Below are positions 31,136 through 41,528 of a DNA stretch of 64,000 bases, in pieces. Position numbers and translations under genes: made by a program. Every line of letters begins with the position of its first letter. The stretch's first letter is position 1. The stretch spans positions 4,480,001 to 4,544,000 of the forward strand of contig CBDASK010000003.1 in NCBI GenBank assembly GCA_965199495.1, in the 5' to 3' direction. Origin of the DNA: Abditibacterium sp. (GTDB lineage Bacteria > Armatimonadota > Abditibacteriia > Abditibacteriales > Abditibacteriaceae). The notes beneath the pieces were generated by a model. The model ran no database searches, was not told where the DNA came from, and worked only from the letters and a program-made list of their open reading frames with translations.

Positions 31136-32317
31136 TCAGTTTTGCAGAAGTTGTTTAACGAACGCAGCGCCGCCCGCGTTTGCGTTTTCGTCGAGCCAAT
31201 TTTGCAGCAACGCGCGCGATTCGTCGGGCGAAACGCCGCCCAAAAAGCGGGGGAAACGCGCATCGGGCGTGCGAATGCCCGAAACACGAGCCACGCCGCC
31301 GTTGAACGGCGCTTTGAGCGCATAAATCACGCTTTCGATGCCCGCTTCCAGCGCGGCGCCCGCGCACATTACGCACGGTTCGAGCGTCGTCACCAAAATC
31401 GCGCCTCGGTCGTCGGGCGCAAGTTTGCCGGCGGCATCGGCAAACGCCATCATCTCGGCGTGCGCGACGTGGCTGTTTGTCGCGTGCGCGCAATTCCAGC
31501 CGCGCGCCATAATTGCGCCGCTTCCATCGGCGATAACCGCGCCAATCGGCATTTCGCCGTTGTTCTCGCCTTCGCGCGCGGCATCGAGAGCGGCGCGCAT
31601 TAATTCGTGGATTTTCTCGTCGCTCCACTTGACCGAACCCGGCGAAGCGATCTCCATTGCTTTGTCGAAATCATCGCACAAGTCGGCCAGCGTCGGGTAA
31701 ACCGCGCGCGCTCCGGCCTCGCGCAAATCGGCGGGTTCGTGTTGGCCATCGCCCACGCAAAAGCAAGCCACGCCCGCCTCGCGACAGGCGCGCGCATCGT
31801 AAATCGTGTCGCCGACAAACGCGCAGGCGAGCGGCGGTAATCCCAATTTTTGCGTCGCCGCGCTGATAATATCGGGCGCGGGCTTGCTGGTTTTGGCGTC
31901 GTCGCTCGTCACAATCGTCGGAAACAATTCGCGCCATTTCACGCCGCACGACGCTTCAACCGCGTCCATCACGCTGCTTTCGCCCGAAGTCGCGAGCGCG
32001 ATTTTCAGACCGCGCGCTTTGGCTTTTTCGATAATTTCGAGGGCGCCATCGAAAACAGGAATCGGCTCGGCTTTGACCATTTGGAGATAATGTTTTTCCC
32101 AGCCGTCGCGAATCGCGTCGCCGTCTTTTTCGTCGGCGCTTGCGCCCAGAATCGCGCCGACGAGCAGGTCGCCGCCTTTGCCGATTTCAATCGCGATGCG
32201 GTCGGTCGCGACTTTGTAACCGTTGTCTTCAAATGCGAGGGCGAAAGCGCGCGCGTGGATTAAATTGGTGTCAATCAGAGTTCCGTCGAGGTCGAATAAA
32301 AGTGCGTCAAGGGCCAT
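31136..32317 (-). CDS. HAD phosphatase fused to zinc-dependent nucleoside deaminase
   Basis: FDLDGT, KPAPD, GDTIYD; then EMPIGAVI, HAE, PCVMC. Confidence 0.9.
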   Translation of the reverse strand: MALDALLFDLDGTLIDTNLIHARAFALAFEDNGYKVATDRIAIEIGKGGDLLVGAILGASADEKDGDAIRDGWEKHYLQMVKAEPIPVFDGALEIIEKAKARGLKIALATSGESSVMDAVEASCGVKWRELFPTIVTSDDAKTSKPAPDIISAATQKLGLPPLACAFVGDTIYDARACREAGVACFCVGDGQHEPADLREAGARAVYPTLADLCDDFDKAMEIASPGSVKWSDEKIHELMRAALDAAREGENNGEMPIGAVIADGSGAIMARGWNCAHATNSHVAHAEMMAFADAAGKLAPDDRGAILVTTLEPCVMCAGAALEAGIESVIYALKAPFNGGVARVSGIRTPDARFPRFLGGVSPDESRALLQNWLDENANAGGAAFVKQLLQN

Positions 32318-32407
32318 GAGAAAAAGGATGAGGGATGGAGGCTAAAGAATAAATTTTAGCGGGCGTCGCGAACCGTTTTTGCGGGTCGCGCGTCGAATGA
32401 TGCAACA

Positions 32408-34288
32408 ATGCAAAAGAGAAACCGATTTCGCCCGTTCATCTATGTTTTGGGCGCGGGCGCCGCGCTTCTGACCGGCGCGGGCGCGCTTCAATTTGGCCTG
32501 GCGCAGGGCGAAACGCCCGCCGTGGCTGCGGCGCGCGCACCGCAAAACGGGCGTCCACAATACGATTTGCGCGCCGACATAGACGCCGATTTGCTGACGT
32601 TTAACGCGACAGCCAACGTGACAGTGCCCGCGCAAGGCGCGCCTCTGAACCAAGCGGTTTTCTTTCTTTATGCCAACGCCGATGGCGTGGGCGGCGCCGG
32701 AGCGAACCGCAAAAATCTCAAAGTCGAGAGCGTAAATGTGGACGGCGCGCCTGCGCAGTGGAACTTAAACGGCGCGGTTTTGCGCGTCCATTTGCCCGCG
32801 CCGCGCTCGGATGCGTTTGTGGTGAACGTCAATTATAAAGGCGTCGTGCCGCGCTCGGATGGCAAAGACGACGATTTGATGGGCGGCATGATGGGAACCG
32901 ATATTTCGGGTTTGCTGGGCGGAATGTTGGGCGGCCAAACCGGCGCCAATCAACCGGCGCCCGCGCCCAAAGCCGATAACACCGATTACGGATTATATAC
33001 CGCCAGTCGCAGCATCGTCAGTCTGGGCGCGTTCTGGTATCCGCAGTTGGCGGTTTTCCAAAACGGCAAATGGGCCGACGATGCGCCCGCCGGATTGGGC
33101 GATGTCGCGTTCGCCGTCAAAAGCGATTATCGCGTTTCCCTCGGCGTGCCCGCCAATTATACCGTCGCCGCGCCCGGTTCTGTTACGCGCGGCGCCGATG
33201 GGCGCGCCCAAATCGTCGCCAACGATGTGCGCGAATGCGCAGTTTTGATGAGTTCGGATTACGTTTCCAAATCGAAAGTCTTCGATGTGGCGGGCAAACC
33301 TGTCAAAGTCGAGGCGTTGGCGCGCCGCGAAAGTGCCGCCAAAATTGACCAAACGCTCGACGTGGCTGGTCACGCCTTGCAGATTTACGCCAAACGATTC
33401 GGGCCGTATCAATTCGACCATTTCAAAGTCGTCGAGGCGCCGATGAAGAGCGGAGCGGGCGGCATGGAATATTCGGGGATGACCGGCATTGCGTCGAGTT
33501 TGTATGGCGATATGGGCGCGCAGTTGGGCGGCATGATGAGTTCGCTCTCGATTCCCGGCGCCGACGAACTGCTCAAAAGTCTGGGCGACGATACATTAGG
33601 CGGCGGCGCGGCGCCCAACGAAAACGCGGGCGAAAATAATCCGGCCAATGGCACGCTCGATATGGTCGGCGGCATTTTGGGCCAGCAAAAAGAGATGCTC
33701 GATTCGCTGCTGGAAACCACGGTCGCCCACGAAGTCGCGCATCAATGGTGGGCGATTGGCGTGGGCAGCGACTCGCAAAAGCATCCGTTCGTGGACGAAA
33801 GCCTGACCAACTGGAGCGCGATGCTTTATTACGAAGATCGCTACGGCAAAGCCAAAGCGCAGCAGATGAGCGATTTGAATTTGAACACCTCGTTTTCGAT
33901 GGGCGCCATGCTGGGCGGCGGCGACAAACCGGCGAATTTGCCGACGGCGGCCTACACCAACAATCTGCAATACGGCGCCGTGATTTACGGCAAAGGCGCG
34001 ATTTATTTCGACAAATTGCGCGCTCTGGTCGGCGACGCGGCGTTCTTTGGCGCGCTGCGCGAATATTACGCCAGGTTCGACGATAAGTTGGCCGGGCCGC
34101 AAGATTTAAAAGCGATTGTCATCGAAAAAGCGCCCGCCAAACGCGTGCAAATCGAGGCGCTTTACACACGTTGGATTGACGAAGCGCACGGCAAAGAAGA
34201 CATCGGCGGCGGCATGATGGGCGGCATGGATTTGGGCGATTTACTCGGCGGCGCGTTGGGCGGTTTGGCGGGCGGCGGCGAAGAGTAG
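32408..34288 (+). CDS. Secreted M1-family aminopeptidase
   Basis: GGMEY, HEVAHQWW..DESL, YGKG. Confidence 0.92.
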   Translation: MQKRNRFRPFIYVLGAGAALLTGAGALQFGLAQGETPAVAAARAPQNGRPQYDLRADIDADLLTFNATANVTVPAQGAPLNQAVFFLYANADGVGGAGANRKNLKVESVNVDGAPAQWNLNGAVLRVHLPAPRSDAFVVNVNYKGVVPRSDGKDDDLMGGMMGTDISGLLGGMLGGQTGANQPAPAPKADNTDYGLYTASRSIVSLGAFWYPQLAVFQNGKWADDAPAGLGDVAFAVKSDYRVSLGVPANYTVAAPGSVTRGADGRAQIVANDVRECAVLMSSDYVSKSKVFDVAGKPVKVEALARRESAAKIDQTLDVAGHALQIYAKRFGPYQFDHFKVVEAPMKSGAGGMEYSGMTGIASSLYGDMGAQLGGMMSSLSIPGADELLKSLGDDTLGGGAAPNENAGENNPANGTLDMVGGILGQQKEMLDSLLETTVAHEVAHQWWAIGVGSDSQKHPFVDESLTNWSAMLYYEDRYGKAKAQQMSDLNLNTSFSMGAMLGGGDKPANLPTAAYTNNLQYGAVIYGKGAIYFDKLRALVGDAAFFGALREYYARFDDKLAGPQDLKAIVIEKAPAKRVQIEALYTRWIDEAHGKEDIGGGMMGGMDLGDLLGGALGGLAGGGEE

Positions 34289-34319
34289 CGACAGCAGCCA
34301 CGGCGAGCAGATATTCCGC

Positions 34320-35111
34320 TCACTTTTCGAGTTGGCGCCAGCGCATAATGGACATCGGCTGATTGAACCACGCATTGCGCGTTGGCGTTTTGACTTGGAT
34401 GACGCGATCCCCATAAAGTGCATTGGGGTCGGCTTCGATCCAAGTTTGATTTCCGATGTAGGCCACGACGTGAACGCCACTCGATGTAACAGCGATGTCG
34501 CCGGGCCGAATCGCTGAATAATCCAGATGATTGAGATCGGGCACCGCGAACAAAAACCGTGTTCTACCCTGATACTCTTCCTTGAGAGCTTTGGCGGAGC
34601 TATCGTTCCACCACAGCGAAAAACCTGCGCGAATCGCCGCCGGATTGAACGTGGTCAAACCCTGCTTCACATTGGCGTCAATGAGCGCGCACCGCATCAA
34701 GCCGGAACAGTCAATGCCACGCTTGCTTTCGCCGCCCCAAACGTAAGGCGTGCCGTCGTAATCTTGGAGCGCACGAACGTATTCCTGTCGAAGAATTTGC
34801 GGATTGACGGAGCGCGCGGGCAATAGCAGAAAACCCGCAAAAAGGCCGGAAGCGGCTAAAATGACTCGCTTGGCGATTTTATGTTTCCACAACAGACACA
34901 AAGCGCCCAACCACAAAAATGAGACGCCGACGACGAGAAAAAGACGCAAAGTGCCGAATCGAATTGGATACCAATGAACTGCCACAACCAGCAGCAAAAG
35001 GAGTAGCCACAGGATAAATCCCAGCTTTCTCCAACCTAAATTTCGCCGCGATTGGTTCGTGTTCACAGAATAAAAGTGTATCGAATTTCCAGCGTAACTT
35101 CGCTTCTGCAT
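34320..35111 (-). CDS. Membrane-anchored NlpC/P60 protein
   Basis: Three TM helices then PYVWGGE..IDCSGL and HV; start uncertain. Confidence 0.85.
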   Translation of the reverse strand: MQKRSYAGNSIHFYSVNTNQSRRNLGWRKLGFILWLLLLLLVVAVHWYPIRFGTLRLFLVVGVSFLWLGALCLLWKHKIAKRVILAASGLFAGFLLLPARSVNPQILRQEYVRALQDYDGTPYVWGGESKRGIDCSGLMRCALIDANVKQGLTTFNPAAIRAGFSLWWNDSSAKALKEEYQGRTRFLFAVPDLNHLDYSAIRPGDIAVTSSGVHVVAYIGNQTWIEADPNALYGDRVIQVKTPTRNAWFNQPMSIMRWRQLEK

Positions 35112-35116
35112 TTCTT

Positions 35117-35584
35117 CTATCTCACTTTCGTATTTTTAGACATTTGGAATGCCGCTCTTCGCGTGGGTTTGATTTCTATATTTCGGCTTTTTACTTGGGC
35201 ATCGAAAAACTCAATCCCCTGTTTTTCATCTTTTGTCGCCCATAACATTGTTCCCGGAATCGCCAATCTTTTGTTAGCGCCATGTAAAACCATAGCGCGT
35301 CCTTGGTGCCTCGGCTTCTGGAAAATTTCAAGTGTTTCTACTTCATCCCAATTCATTCGCCATTTGCCTAAAATCGCTGTGACACGGATAAATTCTGTAT
35401 TCATTTCTACCGGGCCAAGAAACAAAATCGGATAAAGACCTACTGCCGCGAAGAGAAAAAACAAAAGTGATAATCCGTGCGAGCCATTTCGCCAATTTCC
35501 AAGGGCGGAAAAGCCAAAAAAGACGATGATAATCCAACCCTGATATTTGGGGTAACTTTCCAGATGGACTTTTAGTGGAATCAT
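35117..35584 (-). CDS. Small membrane protein with bacterial PH-like domain
   Basis: Two TM helices then ILGKWRMNWDEV; AT-rich. Confidence 0.6.
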   Translation of the reverse strand: MIPLKVHLESYPKYQGWIIIVFFGFSALGNWRNGSHGLSLLFFLFAAVGLYPILFLGPVEMNTEFIRVTAILGKWRMNWDEVETLEIFQKPRHQGRAMVLHGANKRLAIPGTMLWATKDEKQGIEFFDAQVKSRNIEIKPTRRAAFQMSKNTKVR

Positions 35585-35631
35585 TTAAGATGTAATTTTA
35601 ACCGATAGATTAATGTTATCCGTCCAAATGT

Positions 35632-36204
35632 TCAACGAGAATCACACTTGCTCCAACACCATTGCAGGAATCGCGTTACTCCCCTATTTCCACTGCGATG
35701 AGCATAGACTGCCATTCGCAGACCAATCCAAGCCCAGGCAGACATTGCCAGAATACTCACGGATAAAGTTAATAGACTTGTTGCTAAATAACCGGGAGGA
35801 AGAGATTTTCCCATGTGTGTGTCGCGCCACAATACACCCAAGAAAACTGCGCCAACGGGGAAAAGCGCAACCATAAACTTATTGAATATTACTTTGCAAG
35901 CCTGGTATAAATCGGCAAATACAGTCAAATTTTTATTATTGGGAAGACAATTATACATCGCTGCGCTGAGACAAGCGCACAGAGGCAACACAACCCAAAG
36001 CAAATAGACAGTGGCCAATAAAAGTATTCTTCGGTCGTTATCGGCAATAAAACCCAATACATCAAGAATAAGTATAAAAAGAAAAAAGGAAATGCCCAAC
36101 CACGCGCCTATAGCTCTTGTGCTGAAACGAAATACAATTTCCGCTGTTCCCGCAGGAGTGGCGTTGTTTTTATCGTATACAATTCGTCGGGTAATTTTAT
36201 TCAT
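35632..36204 (-). CDS. Hypothetical membrane protein
   Basis: About four hydrophobic segments; AT-rich. Confidence 0.6.
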   Translation of the reverse strand: MNKITRRIVYDKNNATPAGTAEIVFRFSTRAIGAWLGISFFLFILILDVLGFIADNDRRILLLATVYLLWVVLPLCACLSAAMYNCLPNNKNLTVFADLYQACKVIFNKFMVALFPVGAVFLGVLWRDTHMGKSLPPGYLATSLLTLSVSILAMSAWAWIGLRMAVYAHRSGNRGVTRFLQWCWSKCDSR

Positions 36205-36222
36205 GAGAATGCTTCAAATTTA

Positions 36223-36591
36223 TTATCTACCCAAAAACAGCGTCTTCCAGAACTTTTTTGGGTCTTTTTCATAATCCTGACGGATTTGCGCCCAGAGCCA
36301 CTTTGGACGCATGAGAGCACCAAGCAATAGCCAGAAAATATAAAGCACGAAACCGGATGTAGGCACCAAAATCATGAGGGACGCTATGAGGGCGATATCA
36401 TCCAAATGGAACTGAAAACAGAGCATCGGGATAACGATCAGCGACTCTAAACCGATGAGCGCCCAAAAGCTGCGTTTATCCTCTCGCCGACTTACGCCGG
36501 TATGACGATACATCGCTTTTCCAGTAACAATTTGAATTACAATCCAGACAGCGAGAATATCTCCGATGTAGAGATAGGAATTAGAGATCAT
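36223..36591 (-). CDS. Hypothetical membrane protein
   Basis: Three hydrophobic segments; start uncertain (ORF open to 36630). Confidence 0.55.
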   Translation of the reverse strand: MISNSYLYIGDILAVWIVIQIVTGKAMYRHTGVSRREDKRSFWALIGLESLIVIPMLCFQFHLDDIALIASLMILVPTSGFVLYIFWLLLGALMRPKWLWAQIRQDYEKDPKKFWKTLFLGR

Positions 36592-36636
36592 AACTTTTTT
36601 GAGAAAACGAACTCTTGCGCGATGTTTCAATCGCGC

Positions 36637-38364
36637 CTACTTCGGTACTGCCGTCGCTGGCGCCGCAACCGCGACAGCAGCCACGGCGGGCGCGGCGCCG
36701 ATATAAAATGGGAAATGCGCGGTTTCGCTCCACTTTCCCGCGCCATCGCGGGCGCGCACATGTAGCCACCACAATCCGCTTTTTCCGGCGAGTGGGATTT
36801 CTAACTCGGCGCCACTTCGCGTGGTTTCGTCGGGCATCGTGTCGGGTTTTTGATCCAAAACATACGAGACGCCCGTCAGTCCGCTCAAATCTCGATTGTC
36901 AACTTTGGCTTTGAGCGTGCCTTCGACGCGCGGCGCTGGGCGCCAATCGTCGATCCACAGTTGAACGCCGCGCGCGTTGCCCGTCCATCCAGCGTCGGAA
37001 AATTGGATGTTCGATAGTTTGAAATCGGTCGCATCGGGTTGGGCTTTTTGCAAGCTCGCCAGCAGATCAACCGTCGCGAGGTGCCACTGCGAATCGGCTT
37101 TGACATCGGCGATGGTCGCGACGCGGACGTTGGGATTATCGCGGTCGAGGAAGCGAATCGAATAGGGTTTGCCGCCCCAGTTGAAAGTCAAATCGGCTCG
37201 CACGCGGTCGTCGGTGCGGTAGGCGAAAGTCAAAACCGGAAATTGGGCCGCGTCTAAAATCGTTTTGCTCAGGCCCGCGCGAAACGGCGAGGCGGTGATT
37301 TTGTTGGTCAGTCGCAAACTGCGCGCACCCGTGGCTGCTGTGCTATCGTCGCTTTCGATATACGCGCTGTTATCATCCGATTGCCACGGCGCGGGCGAGC
37401 CAAACTCCATGTCGTTCCATGCAGCCACGGTGGCGCCATTGATTTTCAGCGTCGGCAACGGCGGCGCGGCTAATTCGGCATAGTTCAGCGTGACTGCGCC
37501 ATTGGCGACGGGTGCATCGGCGCGCGTCAGTCTCCAACCCACGCTTTGCCCGTCTTTGAGCGCGACGTCGTTATTTGCGCCGACATCGGCGATTAAACCG
37601 ACATCGGGCACCAGAAATTGCTGTGCGTTTTCAATCTTCGTGACACCTTCAATTTCTAATTTGAGATTATCAAAATTGAAATTCGATAAATCTCCCATTG
37701 GCAAGATGAATTTTTGGCCTTCCCAACGCGCCGGGCCGAACTGCGGGGTTTCATCGCGGTGTTCCAATTGCAAATCGTCCATTTGCCAATTGGCGCCCGG
37801 CCCGTTGCCGCCGATGCCCGCCATCAGATAACCGGTATTGTCCCAGTTGCCGATCAAAATCTCATCAATCGTCACGGTTTTGGCGTCGGGCAAAACGCTG
37901 CGCAACCAACCTCGCAGCGGGATATGCGCGCGCTTCCATCCGTCTTTGCCCGCGCCAATTTGAACGTCGCCCAGCAAAATCGCGCCGGGCCGCACGCCAG
38001 TTGGGCCGAGAAAATGAACGCCGTAGTAGTTGCCGTTGGCGCGAAAAAACCAGTTGATTTTTGTATCGGGCGACGCCTTGAAATCGAAAGTTAAATCGGT
38101 GATTTGGTCAACGTCGAGCGGTGTGATATTCAATTGAACGCCAAACGAACCGGGCGAGCGATTGACGATATTGAGCGCGCCGTTATCGAGCGCGACTTCG
38201 GCGCCCGAAGCCACGCCGCCGGGCGCGGCATAAGAGGAAACAATTTTGAGATCGTCGGGTTTGGAGAAATCAACGACGCGCGGTTGCATTGCGGCGGGCG
38301 GCGTGGCTGGAGTTTGGGCGAAGGCGGGAGCGGAGAATAAAAGGACGAGGAAAACGGGGCGCAC
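36637..38364 (-). CDS. Secreted protein with probable carbohydrate-binding beta-sandwich domains
   Basis: GTG start gives signal MRPVFLVLLFSAPAFAQ; two similar domains (W..A.I.L..L); C-terminal WLHVRARDGAGKWS. Confidence 0.65.
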   Translation of the reverse strand: MRPVFLVLLFSAPAFAQTPATPPAAMQPRVVDFSKPDDLKIVSSYAAPGGVASGAEVALDNGALNIVNRSPGSFGVQLNITPLDVDQITDLTFDFKASPDTKINWFFRANGNYYGVHFLGPTGVRPGAILLGDVQIGAGKDGWKRAHIPLRGWLRSVLPDAKTVTIDEILIGNWDNTGYLMAGIGGNGPGANWQMDDLQLEHRDETPQFGPARWEGQKFILPMGDLSNFNFDNLKLEIEGVTKIENAQQFLVPDVGLIADVGANNDVALKDGQSVGWRLTRADAPVANGAVTLNYAELAAPPLPTLKINGATVAAWNDMEFGSPAPWQSDDNSAYIESDDSTAATGARSLRLTNKITASPFRAGLSKTILDAAQFPVLTFAYRTDDRVRADLTFNWGGKPYSIRFLDRDNPNVRVATIADVKADSQWHLATVDLLASLQKAQPDATDFKLSNIQFSDAGWTGNARGVQLWIDDWRPAPRVEGTLKAKVDNRDLSGLTGVSYVLDQKPDTMPDETTRSGAELEIPLAGKSGLWWLHVRARDGAGKWSETAHFPFYIGAAPAVAAVAVAAPATAVPK

Positions 38365-38430
38365 GGGAAAGTTAGAAGCGATTGAAGCCGCGCGAGTTCC
38401 GGCGTTGCAGATTTCGTAGCAAATGTTCGT

Positions 38431-38481
38431 GCGAAGTAAGTCGGAGTTGCGCTGCATTTGGACAACTCCGACTTACTTCGC
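38431..38481. repeat. Intergenic inverted repeat
   Basis: gcgaagtaagtcggagttg / caactccgacttacttcgc, 19-bp perfect arms. Confidence 0.75.
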
Positions 38482-38508
38482 CCCACATTAATTTACCACC
38501 ACAAAACC

Positions 38509-38548
38509 AATAAGCGCCCCGCGATTTTCATCGTGAGGCGCTTTTATT
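38509..38548 (-). terminator. Probable terminator
   Basis: aataagcgcc..ggcgcttttatt hairpin downstream of the metalloprotease. Confidence 0.55.
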
Positions 38549-38556
38549 CTCACGAA

Positions 38557-41298
38557 CTAATCCATTTTTTTGGTCAACGCCAGGTCAATGCGGCGAATCG
38601 AATCGGCGAATAGCAAGCGCGACATCGCGTCGGGCGACGATTTGCGTGGCGCAGTCAACTGCTTTTTGAGCGTCTGCAGTTCGCTGAACGCCAGGCGCCG
38701 GGCGTCGCCGGGCATCGCGGTTTTTTCGGTCACAATCGCGACCATGATGTCCACGTAATCCTCGGCTAAATCGCGCTGTAAGGCGGTAAAAGCCGCGCTT
38801 GGTTTGAGGTCGCCCCACACCGATTTGCGCACCGTCGGGAACAGTTCGGAAAGTGGCAAAACCTGACCGGGAAATTTCCATTCGCCGTTGCTAATGCGCG
38901 TGATGCGCGAACCAGTCAGCAGACTGGCCAAGACGCCACCGCGCAAACTGGAAATCTGATCGCGAATCGGGAAGGCGTTGGCCGCGCCCGCGTCGCCGAA
39001 ATTATACGGATCGGGCGCGGTTTTGTTGAGATACGCTTCGGGAATATTAAACGCATCGGGCGCGAAAATCTCGCTTCCGATAATTTTCAAAGCGCGCCGT
39101 TGCTGCGACAACGGCACCGGGCTGAAAGGTTGATCAGTGTTTTTGCCGCCCTTGACCACGCGGCGCACGCGAAAACCGCCGACGTAACGCGCCGCGATGT
39201 TCGCGTCGCGCGCTTTGGCACGAATCAGACTGTTCAATCGCTGCGTGAAACGCACGTAAGTCTCGCCCGCTTTCGGCTGGTTTTTGCCCAAGTCCGCCAA
39301 CAGTTTGCGCGTCACGCCCAGCGAAGCCTCGGCGTAAGTCAACGGGTCGCTCGACAAATCGTAGCGCGCGATGGTCGGGTCGTAGTTGTCGGCCAGACTG
39401 TCCTCGTTGTAGGCGTGGCCGGGCAGATACGACTCGGCGGCGATTTTTTTCAAAGCCGGAATTTGCTCGGCGGGCGTCTGCGCTTTGATCGGCGTGTAAC
39501 CGTATTTAATCGCCCAGTAATCGTAGGTGCCGGGGCCGGTCGCGAACAGTTTGGCGCCGGTTTTGAGGCCAAACACGTTGAAGCCGACATAATCCATTAC
39601 CGAAGACGAAATGCCCTGCGCGGCGACCAGCTTCGGGTCGGCCAACTGCGCGGGCGTGTGATACATCGAAGCGATAAAATTGTGACGCAAACCCAAGATA
39701 TGCCCAAATTCGTGCGTAACGACGCCGCGCAGCAAATCATTCACATATTTTTCGTCCTGAAAACGCGGGTCGGACATCTGCTCGGTCAAATCGCAGATTT
39801 CGTTGGTGCCGGTTGGCGCGGCGATTTTGGTTTGGCCCAATGGGTTGACGACATCAATTTTCTCGCGATAGCCCACGCGCGCCCAGTTGGAATCCACGGT
39901 AATCGAGGCGTTGATAATTTCGCCGGTGAGCGGATTTTCGCGCAGCAACGCGACCGCCGAAGCGCCTCCGTCGCTGGGCGGCACGGCAGTCCAGCGAATC
40001 GTGTTGAAGCGCATATCGGCGTGATCGTAGCCAGCCACGCCCTCGGCATCGCGCACCACGATGGCGCCGACATAACCCAACCGGTCGAACGGCTTGTTCC
40101 ACGCCAGAATCGCCTCGCGCACGATTTTGCGATATTTCTGCGGCACGCTGGTGTCAATATAAAACACAATCGGCTGCGTCGGCGGCGAAACGCGCGCAGT
40201 CGGATCGGCGCGGCGCAGGTTCCATCGGTTGATATAAGTCACGCGCGGATCGGCGGCGGCTTCGTTATCGAACGACTCGAAACCGGTGCGGCCAGCCGAC
40301 AATTGGCCGTTGATGAAATAACCAACGCGCGGATCGGCGGGCCGTGGCTGGTAGGTGCCCTTGTCCGAAATTCCGTAAAGATTGAAGACGACTTTGAGCG
40401 GCAACGAGCGTCCATCGGCGAGCGTGTTTTTATCGTTTTTGTCGCTGGTGCCCGCGCGCTTATAGGAAAAATTGGTCTCGACCACCATGTTGAGCGGAAA
40501 GTTTTTAACCGAATCGTTGAAGGTCAAAGTTGGATCGAGCAGATAAGAGTTTTGGGTTTCTTTGTCGGCGCCCTCGGCGATAAACGCCGTGTTGAGGCCA
40601 GTAATCGAGCCGTCGAAGAAACTGGAAAAATCAATGAGGACGGTTTTCTTTTCGTCGTCTTTGGCGAGAATCGGGAAATCTTCGAGATAGGCTTCGGGAA
40701 AATCGCGCGCGACGGCCTGTTTGAGATTCGGGTCGGTCGAGCGATACCAGACGTTGGGCGCAGCCACGAGCAAGCGGTCGTCGGGCGTGCGCTCCCATTT
40801 CCAGATCAGATCGCGCGCCGGACGCCCCGCCGCGACGATGCCCGCCGCGCCCGTCGCGAAAGTGGACTGCAACATATAAAGCGGCCCAATTTGCGATTCG
40901 CGCACTTCGGCGTAAACTTTCTGTTTGTTGCTGACGACTTTGCGATAAAGCGTGAACAGGCCGTCGTCTTTTTCGTAGCCCTTGGTCAGTTCGGCGATGG
41001 TTTTGGGTTTGGGTTCGGGCTTTTCGGTCGGTTCGGGCGTTGGCGTCACGGGCACTTTGGCGTCTTTGCCATCGCCCGCAGGCAAACCGTCCTGTATCTT
41101 GGGCGCGGGCGTATCGCCGCCGCCCGGCTCTTTGGGTGTCGGAGTCGGAATCGGAATCGGATCGCCGGGTTTGGGCGTCGGAACGGGAACTGGCGGAACC
41201 GGGCCGGGCGGCACGGGAGCCGGTGGCTGCTGCGCCAAGGCTGGCGAAATCGCGCAAACCAGCAACGCTCCGGCAAGGAGAGAATGGAATTTCATCAT
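38557..41298 (-). CDS. Secreted zinc metalloprotease (DUF5117/DUF4953 type)
   Basis: PR.ADPRVGYF, HEFGHILGLRHNF, SSVMDY, YDYWAIKYGY. Confidence 0.92.
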   Translation of the reverse strand: MMKFHSLLAGALLVCAISPALAQQPPAPVPPGPVPPVPVPTPKPGDPIPIPTPTPKEPGGGDTPAPKIQDGLPAGDGKDAKVPVTPTPEPTEKPEPKPKTIAELTKGYEKDDGLFTLYRKVVSNKQKVYAEVRESQIGPLYMLQSTFATGAAGIVAAGRPARDLIWKWERTPDDRLLVAAPNVWYRSTDPNLKQAVARDFPEAYLEDFPILAKDDEKKTVLIDFSSFFDGSITGLNTAFIAEGADKETQNSYLLDPTLTFNDSVKNFPLNMVVETNFSYKRAGTSDKNDKNTLADGRSLPLKVVFNLYGISDKGTYQPRPADPRVGYFINGQLSAGRTGFESFDNEAAADPRVTYINRWNLRRADPTARVSPPTQPIVFYIDTSVPQKYRKIVREAILAWNKPFDRLGYVGAIVVRDAEGVAGYDHADMRFNTIRWTAVPPSDGGASAVALLRENPLTGEIINASITVDSNWARVGYREKIDVVNPLGQTKIAAPTGTNEICDLTEQMSDPRFQDEKYVNDLLRGVVTHEFGHILGLRHNFIASMYHTPAQLADPKLVAAQGISSSVMDYVGFNVFGLKTGAKLFATGPGTYDYWAIKYGYTPIKAQTPAEQIPALKKIAAESYLPGHAYNEDSLADNYDPTIARYDLSSDPLTYAEASLGVTRKLLADLGKNQPKAGETYVRFTQRLNSLIRAKARDANIAARYVGGFRVRRVVKGGKNTDQPFSPVPLSQQRRALKIIGSEIFAPDAFNIPEAYLNKTAPDPYNFGDAGAANAFPIRDQISSLRGGVLASLLTGSRITRISNGEWKFPGQVLPLSELFPTVRKSVWGDLKPSAAFTALQRDLAEDYVDIMVAIVTEKTAMPGDARRLAFSELQTLKKQLTAPRKSSPDAMSRLLFADSIRRIDLALTKKMD

Positions 41299-41528
41299 CA
41301 AAAGCAACAAAAAGAAGCGGAGCAACGCGCGTGGGTTGCCCTCTCCGTGTGAGGAATTGGTTTACAGTTTTCATCTCGCGAATTCAACCCACGCAAAAGG
41401 TAAAATCGCGCCAATTATTGAGATGCGCACGCCGATGCTATCATTGGCTTCGACAGTTAAGTTTGACGGCTGAAAGAAGTCTTATAACGATTCAGCAATT
41501 GTAAGTAAACTCTAACGCGCCCCATCCC

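Noticed and set aside
41030..41230. Pro-rich repeats in the metalloprotease
   Set aside because: Ordinary low-complexity linker after the signal peptide
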